From: Planctomycetota bacterium
Lineage (GTDB): Bacteria; Planctomycetota; B15-G4
NCBI GenBank assembly: GCA_965248575.1
Contig: CBDFJQ010000002.1
Coordinates: 5,184,001-5,248,000 of the forward strand
Length of the DNA: 64,000 nt
Direction of reading: 5' to 3'
Below are positions 58,912 to 64,000 of this stretch, piece after piece. The first letter of the stretch is position 1; each line of letters begins with the position of its first letter. The notes beneath the pieces were generated by a model. It had not been told where the DNA came from. It ran no database searches and saw only the letters and a list, made by a program, of their open reading frames with translations. The position numbers and the translations under genes are program-made.

Positions 58912-61212
58912 TTGAATTTCGGTTGGGGTGCGCCCGTCATGTTGTGGGGGGCGGCGGCGATCTCCGTGCCGATCCTCATCCATCTGCTGAACCGGCGGCG
59001 CTATGTGGTGCGCCCCTTCGCAGCCATGATGTTCCTGGAGCAGGCTTTCGCCCGGCGCCGCAAGCGTCTGCGCATGGAGAATCTGCTGCTGCTGTTGCTG
59101 CGCTGCCTCGTGGTGCTGCTGGCCGCGCTCGCCATGGCCCTGCCCTTCGTGCCGCCGGACAGCCTGCTGTCCCTGGTCACCGGAGGTCGGCGCGATCTCG
59201 TCCTGATTCTCGATCGCTCCGGAAGCATGGGGCGCCTGGTGGGGCCTGAGACCACGCTGGACGACCGCGTGCTGGAGCGTGTGCGCACCCAAGTTGCGCA
59301 GATGGCCAACGATCGGGGCGACACCGTCACCTTGATCACGCCCGGCGGCGGGGTGTTTCTTCCCGCCCCGATCGGTGCCTCACCCGGTGCCGTGCTTGAG
59401 ATCCTCGATGCCGGGCTCAGCGAGCCTCATGGCGTGGCCGACATGGTCGCGGCCGTGCGTCTCGTGAAGGAACGCGTGCGTTCGTTGGTGCGAGGCCGCC
59501 TGGACATCGAGGTGTACACCGACCTCCAGGAAGCCGGTTGGTCCCAATCCTTGGGGCCCCTGTTCTCCGAAGTCCTGGATGACGGCGGGGGTTCGTTGCG
59601 CATCGTGGACGTGGTGGGGGAGGTGGCATCGCTCGACAACGTCGGGGTGGAGTCGCTGGCCGCCTATGAGCCGCTGCTCGTGCAAGGGGATGTGGTCAGC
59701 TTCAACGGGATGCTGCGCAATCATGGCGACGTCGCGGTGCGAGGTCTCACCGCGAGCTTCGAGTTGACGTCGCCGGGTTCGGATGACCCGGTGCTGCGCA
59801 AGTTTCCGGAGATCGAGATTCCTCCACGCGGCGAGGCGGAGGTCAGCGTCCGCTTGCGCCTGGATTCGTCCGGGCCGCACCACCTTGAGCTCCGCCTGGA
59901 GGGTGATGACCTCCCGTTCGACGATGCCCGCAGCCTGGCATTCGAAGTGCGTGAGGGCGTGGACATCTTGCTGGTGGACGGTCAAGCAGGAGGGAATCCG
60001 CTGGATGGCGCCACGGCCTTCCTGGACCTGGCGCTGGACCCCAGCGCCGACGGCGATGACCTGGGGCTCACGCGCTACCGGACGAACACCCTCGATCTGC
60101 GCGGCTTCGAGGAAGCCGGTCGTGAGCTCTACAACTACGACGCCCTGGTCCTGGCCAACGTGGACGTGGTCAGCGAGCGCACGGCGACGCTCCTGGAAGA
60201 GGTGGTTCGCTCCGGCACCCCCTTGATGGTGTTTTGCGGTGACCGGGTGGACGCGAGTCTGGCAGAGGAGCGCCTGGGCGCCTTGCTGCCCATGCGCATC
60301 GGGCCGCTGCGCGGAGACCCGGACGGGAGCGGCCGCGAGGACTACGTCACGCTCGTGCTGGATGACCCTCCTGCGCCAGAGTTGTCGCTCTTCGCTGACC
60401 CCCGGCTGGCCGTCCTGCTGCAGGTCCCCGTGCTGGCGTGGAACGAACTGCTCCCCAGGGAACGAGCCGAAGAGCTGGACTCCGACGCAACGCCCAACGA
60501 GAACGAAGACGAAGGCGAGGATCAGGACTTGTTGGGGGGCGATACGGAGGCCGAGATCCTGGCCTGGTTCGCAGATGCGCAGGGCAAGACCGTGCCCGCC
60601 ATCGTGCAGGCCGAGCGCGGCCTGGGACGGGTCGTGCTTGTGGCCACCAGTGCCGACGATTCCTGGTCGCTGCTCCCGAGGCAGCCCGCCACCTGGCTGC
60701 CGCTCGTTCATGAATTGATGAGTGCCCTGACCCACCGTGACCCGGCCCAACGAAACCTCCCTGTGGGACAGGCACCCAGCTTGGTGCTGGAGGGCCAACC
60801 GGAGTCAGCGCGGCTGCGTTCGCCCAGTGGAGCCGTGGAGGACATCGGCCGGCCTGAAGCGCGGAGTTTCGGTCGGCGCAGCGTGTTGTCCCTGGAGTCC
60901 ACACCTCTGCGCGAGGCCGGTGCTTGGGCGCTCGAAGTGGAGTTCGCGGACCCGACCCAGCCAAGCCGGACCTTTGCCCTCGCGTCCTTGCCTGATTCGG
61001 CGGAGGGTGACCTGCGGCGCATCGATGGGGCCTCCCTCGACAGGGCCCTGGCCGGCGTTGACTACGTGCTTGGCGAGCAGGCCGACGAGACGGGTGACTC
61101 CGACGAGGCGGGGGGCGGTGATGGCAGCTTGTTCCGGAGCCTGCTCTGGGCACTGCTGGTGTTTGCAGCAGCAGAGGCCGCCTTGAGCCGCCTGATGGGG
61201 GGCTCGCGATGA
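58912..61212 (+). CDS. BatA + VWA + CARDB + GATase-like membrane protein
   Basis: PILIHLLNRRR...LLLLLR BatA motif; MIDAS LDRSGSM; ILLVDG; YDALVLANV; C-terminal TM. Confidence 0.88.
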   Translation: MNFGWGAPVMLWGAAAISVPILIHLLNRRRYVVRPFAAMMFLEQAFARRRKRLRMENLLLLLLRCLVVLLAALAMALPFVPPDSLLSLVTGGRRDLVLILDRSGSMGRLVGPETTLDDRVLERVRTQVAQMANDRGDTVTLITPGGGVFLPAPIGASPGAVLEILDAGLSEPHGVADMVAAVRLVKERVRSLVRGRLDIEVYTDLQEAGWSQSLGPLFSEVLDDGGGSLRIVDVVGEVASLDNVGVESLAAYEPLLVQGDVVSFNGMLRNHGDVAVRGLTASFELTSPGSDDPVLRKFPEIEIPPRGEAEVSVRLRLDSSGPHHLELRLEGDDLPFDDARSLAFEVREGVDILLVDGQAGGNPLDGATAFLDLALDPSADGDDLGLTRYRTNTLDLRGFEEAGRELYNYDALVLANVDVVSERTATLLEEVVRSGTPLMVFCGDRVDASLAEERLGALLPMRIGPLRGDPDGSGREDYVTLVLDDPPAPELSLFADPRLAVLLQVPVLAWNELLPRERAEELDSDATPNENEDEGEDQDLLGGDTEAEILAWFADAQGKTVPAIVQAERGLGRVVLVATSADDSWSLLPRQPATWLPLVHELMSALTHRDPAQRNLPVGQAPSLVLEGQPESARLRSPSGAVEDIGRPEARSFGRRSVLSLESTPLREAGAWALEVEFADPTQPSRTFALASLPDSAEGDLRRIDGASLDRALAGVDYVLGEQADETGDSDEAGGGDGSLFRSLLWALLVFAAAEAALSRLMGGSR

Positions 61213-63536
61213 GCATGCAGCGTTCGTCTGAAGTGGTGGAGAGCACGAGGGTCGAATTCCTCTCCATGCCGCCCATCTGGGTCCTCGTGCTGGTCATCCT
61301 GCCGCTGCTCTTCGTGTATTGCCGCTGGGTGTATGTGCGCGAACGCGAGCGGGGTGCGGGCTGGTGGATTCCCGCAGCCCTGCGCGGATTGACTCTTGCG
61401 CTGATCATCCTCTTCCTCTGCCACCCGGTGCGCAGCACGCAGCGGGTGCGCGTGGAGCGCCCCGTCGCTGCCGTGCTCATCGATGATTCGGCGAGCATGC
61501 GCGAACGGGACATGGGCTCCGTGGCGCAAGATGCCGGCTTGCTCTTGGACGCGGATCGCCATGAGGTCCTGCAAGCCGTGCTCGAGGAACCGCTTCGGCA
61601 ACTCGAACAGAACTACGAAGTCCTGCTCTATGCCGTGGGCAGTTCCCTGCGCGCCATCGGGTCCATGGACGACCTCAGTGCTTCGGACGGTGAGACGCGT
61701 TTGGGCGATGCACTGGCTGCGCTCGCCGCCGAAACCCGTGGGCGCGTGCTCTCCCAGGTGATCCTGGTGACGGATGGGCGCGTCAATGCGGGCCGTGACG
61801 TGACGGCGGCCTTGGCGTCCTTGACGGGTCGTCGTGTACCGGTGAACACCCTGGGGGTCGGTGACCCCGAGATCCCTCGCGACGTGCGGATCAGCAACAT
61901 CACCTCGCCCGAGGTCGCGTTGGCGGGGGACACTGTCACCTTGGAGGTGTCCGTGGCAGCCCGGGGCTATCCCGGGCGCACTTCCTCCGTCACGGTGACG
62001 GACGCCGATGCGGGCATCGATCTGGCTCAGGAGAGTTTCGCGCTCTCCGATGGTGAGGGGGCCACCGAGCAGTTGGTGCGCGTGAGTTTCGTGCCGCAAA
62101 AGGAAGGTGACCTCGACCTGCGTGTCGCGGTCTCCGTGTTCTCCGACGAGCACGACCCCTCCAACAACGTGGAGCGTCGCCTGCTGCGGGTCGAGCCAGG
62201 GCGCATCAAGGTGCTCTACATCGATGGCTACCCCCGCTACGAGTATCGCTTCCTGAAGGACTCCCTGTTGCGCGTCGGCAACATGGACGTGCAGTGCTAC
62301 CTGGTCTCGGCGGGCCCGGAGTTCATCCAGGAGTCCTCCGAGGGCGTCGACTCCCTGGTGCAGGTGCCCAACACCCTCGAGTACCTGCTCGAGAACTACC
62401 ACGTCATCATCCTGGGTGATGTTCATCCCCAGGACCTGGGTGCCGACCTGGGCGAAGTGGACACGATCCTGCAGAACTTCCGGGACTTCGTAGAAGCAGG
62501 CGGCGGTCTGCTCATGCAAGCGGGGACCCGCTACTCGCCGCAGGAGTACGTGGGCACTCCCCTCGAAGACATCCTGCCGATCCTCGTCGGGGACACGGCG
62601 GCGGAGAAGCAGGCGATCCACGATCCCGGTGCCGCGTTCCGCCCGGTGCTTGAGCGACCTCGTGACCCCCATGAAATCGTCAGCCTGCTACCTGACATCG
62701 ATCAGAACCTGGAACTCTGGCAGGGGGACGGCGGTCTCGCTCCCTTGACCTGGTATTTCCCCGTGGCCAAGGCGCGCACCACGGCCGAGGTGTTGTTGAG
62801 CCACCCCCAGAGTCGCAACGCGCATGGGCCGCATGTGTTGCTGGCCACGATGTACTCCCCGCAGGGGCGCACCGCTTTCCTGGCGACGGATGAGACGTGG
62901 CGTTGGCGCTTCCTGAACCTCGAGACGTACCGCGAACCCTTCTGGCGCGGGCTGATCCGCTACCTCGCCCTGAACCGATTGCGGCGCAGCGATTACCGCT
63001 TTGACCTGGCCACGGACCGCTCCGCCTACGCGCTGGGCGAGCGCATCGGCATCACGGCCCGGGTTCGCGACGCGGGTTTCGAGCCCCTGGATGAGGAAAG
63101 CTTCGAGGTGAGCGTGGTGATGCCCGACGGGACCCGCGAACTCCTGGATCTCCCACGCGAATTGGACGGTGTCTTCAAGGGCTCGATCGCGGCTACAGAC
63201 AAGGGGCCCTACCGACTGTGGTTGGTGGATCCGGACGACCCCACGGCGGAGGAGAAGTCGCCCCGCATCGTGACTGTCAGTGTGCCCACGTCGGAAACAG
63301 ACGACCCCGTCCTGGATGAATCACTGCTCGAACGCGTAGCCGCTCGCACAGGAGGGCGCTATCGATTGTTGTCCGAGGCGCCAGGCTTGCTGGCCTCCTT
63401 GGACGACCCGAAACAAGAACGGCCGCTGGACGAACCCGAGCGGGAAGAGCTGTGGGCCGGCTTTTCCCAGCTCGCGTTGCTCGTGGCCTTGCTCGCCGCG
63501 GAATGGATTGTCCGCAAACGCCGGAATCTCGTGTAG
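61209..63536 (+). CDS. VWA + Ig-like + GATase1-like membrane protein
   Basis: Two TMs, IDDSASM, VTDG, KVLYIDG.PRYEYRFLK, DETWRWR, A..TGG.Y, EW..RK. Confidence 0.88.
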   Translation: MSMQRSSEVVESTRVEFLSMPPIWVLVLVILPLLFVYCRWVYVRERERGAGWWIPAALRGLTLALIILFLCHPVRSTQRVRVERPVAAVLIDDSASMRERDMGSVAQDAGLLLDADRHEVLQAVLEEPLRQLEQNYEVLLYAVGSSLRAIGSMDDLSASDGETRLGDALAALAAETRGRVLSQVILVTDGRVNAGRDVTAALASLTGRRVPVNTLGVGDPEIPRDVRISNITSPEVALAGDTVTLEVSVAARGYPGRTSSVTVTDADAGIDLAQESFALSDGEGATEQLVRVSFVPQKEGDLDLRVAVSVFSDEHDPSNNVERRLLRVEPGRIKVLYIDGYPRYEYRFLKDSLLRVGNMDVQCYLVSAGPEFIQESSEGVDSLVQVPNTLEYLLENYHVIILGDVHPQDLGADLGEVDTILQNFRDFVEAGGGLLMQAGTRYSPQEYVGTPLEDILPILVGDTAAEKQAIHDPGAAFRPVLERPRDPHEIVSLLPDIDQNLELWQGDGGLAPLTWYFPVAKARTTAEVLLSHPQSRNAHGPHVLLATMYSPQGRTAFLATDETWRWRFLNLETYREPFWRGLIRYLALNRLRRSDYRFDLATDRSAYALGERIGITARVRDAGFEPLDEESFEVSVVMPDGTRELLDLPRELDGVFKGSIAATDKGPYRLWLVDPDDPTAEEKSPRIVTVSVPTSETDDPVLDESLLERVAARTGGRYRLLSEAPGLLASLDDPKQERPLDEPEREELWAGFSQLALLVALLAAEWIVRKRRNLV

Positions 63537-64000
63537 ATGGTGCCGCTTGGACTGCTGCTCTCGCTCGCCCTGCTTCCCTGCAGCCTGACGGCGCAGGAGG
63601 TGACGGATCGCTTCGAGGGCTGGCACTCCTTGTGGGACGCACGCTTCGACTTCGACCCGGACCAACGCAGCATCCGTGGCTTCAGCGTGCGGGACACCAG
63701 CCATGCCCGGACCACGCTCGCGGAGGCGGAGCGCGCCTGGGAGCAAGGCAAGCCGGAGCGCGCCGCCCATCTGCTTCTAGAGCTCGCCGTCAGGGCGGGA
63801 TCCGAGGTGGTGCAAGTGGCGGACGAATTGGAAGGCAGCCGTTGGGTCGGTGCGGGGGAGTGGGCGCTCTATCAGCTGCGCTCTCGCGTGTCACCGAGCG
63901 TGCTCAAGAGCCTCGTCTCGAACGAGGACCACAAGGCCGTACAACGTGCGGCTCAGTGGCGGGACCTGGCTGGGTTGAAGGGGCTCGCTTGGCGCTTGGA
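63537..64000 (+). CDS. Exported protein, 3' end outside window; N-terminus resembles 54727-56670
   Basis: ATG directly after upstream TAG; MVPLGLLLSLALLPCSLTA|QE signal; frame open to window end (absent from the ORF track). Confidence 0.75.
   Translation, partial: MVPLGLLLSLALLPCSLTAQEVTDRFEGWHSLWDARFDFDPDQRSIRGFSVRDTSHARTTLAEAERAWEQGKPERAAHLLLELAVRAGSEVVQVADELEGSRWVGAGEWALYQLRSRVSPSVLKSLVSNEDHKAVQRAAQWRDLAGLKGLAWRL

Overview
A gene-dense, GC-rich bacterial chromosomal segment with about 53 CDS. I saw no tRNA, rRNA, CRISPR array, integrase or transposase. Gene content points to a Planctomycetota/PVC-type organism (inference from the AroD-AroE fusion, Zn-ribbon SpoVG, FG-GAP/ASPIC protein and MoxR-DUF58-BatA/VWA operon). 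From left to right: hrpB (partial), sppA, an amidohydrolase, an UnbV/UnbU-like pair, an unusual RNase HII/HIII-like multidomain protein, a metallophosphoesterase, a RimK-like ligase, an AsmA-like protein, an ArsC-like protein and a MocA-like protein. Next is an 18-kb surface-glycan region (flippase, three GT4s, PHP-like lipoprotein, PA14 glycosidase, ABC module, GT-C, O-antigen-ligase-TPR), followed by hppA-rsfS-cysQ-yyaL-like, an atypical GspG-like pilin and a second flippase. The right third holds a minus-strand psd-pssA-folK-panC-panD-ispE-spoVG-DUF2520-aroDE run, eno with an FtsB-like neighbour, and a MoxR/VWA operon flanked by two related proteins. The best novelty candidate is the 483-aa RNase H-like protein at 6459-7910. 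It combines a TBP-like N-terminus, an HII-type DEDD active site with HIII-type motifs, and a PIN-like C-terminal extension. All family assignments come from motifs recognised by eye, not from database searches.
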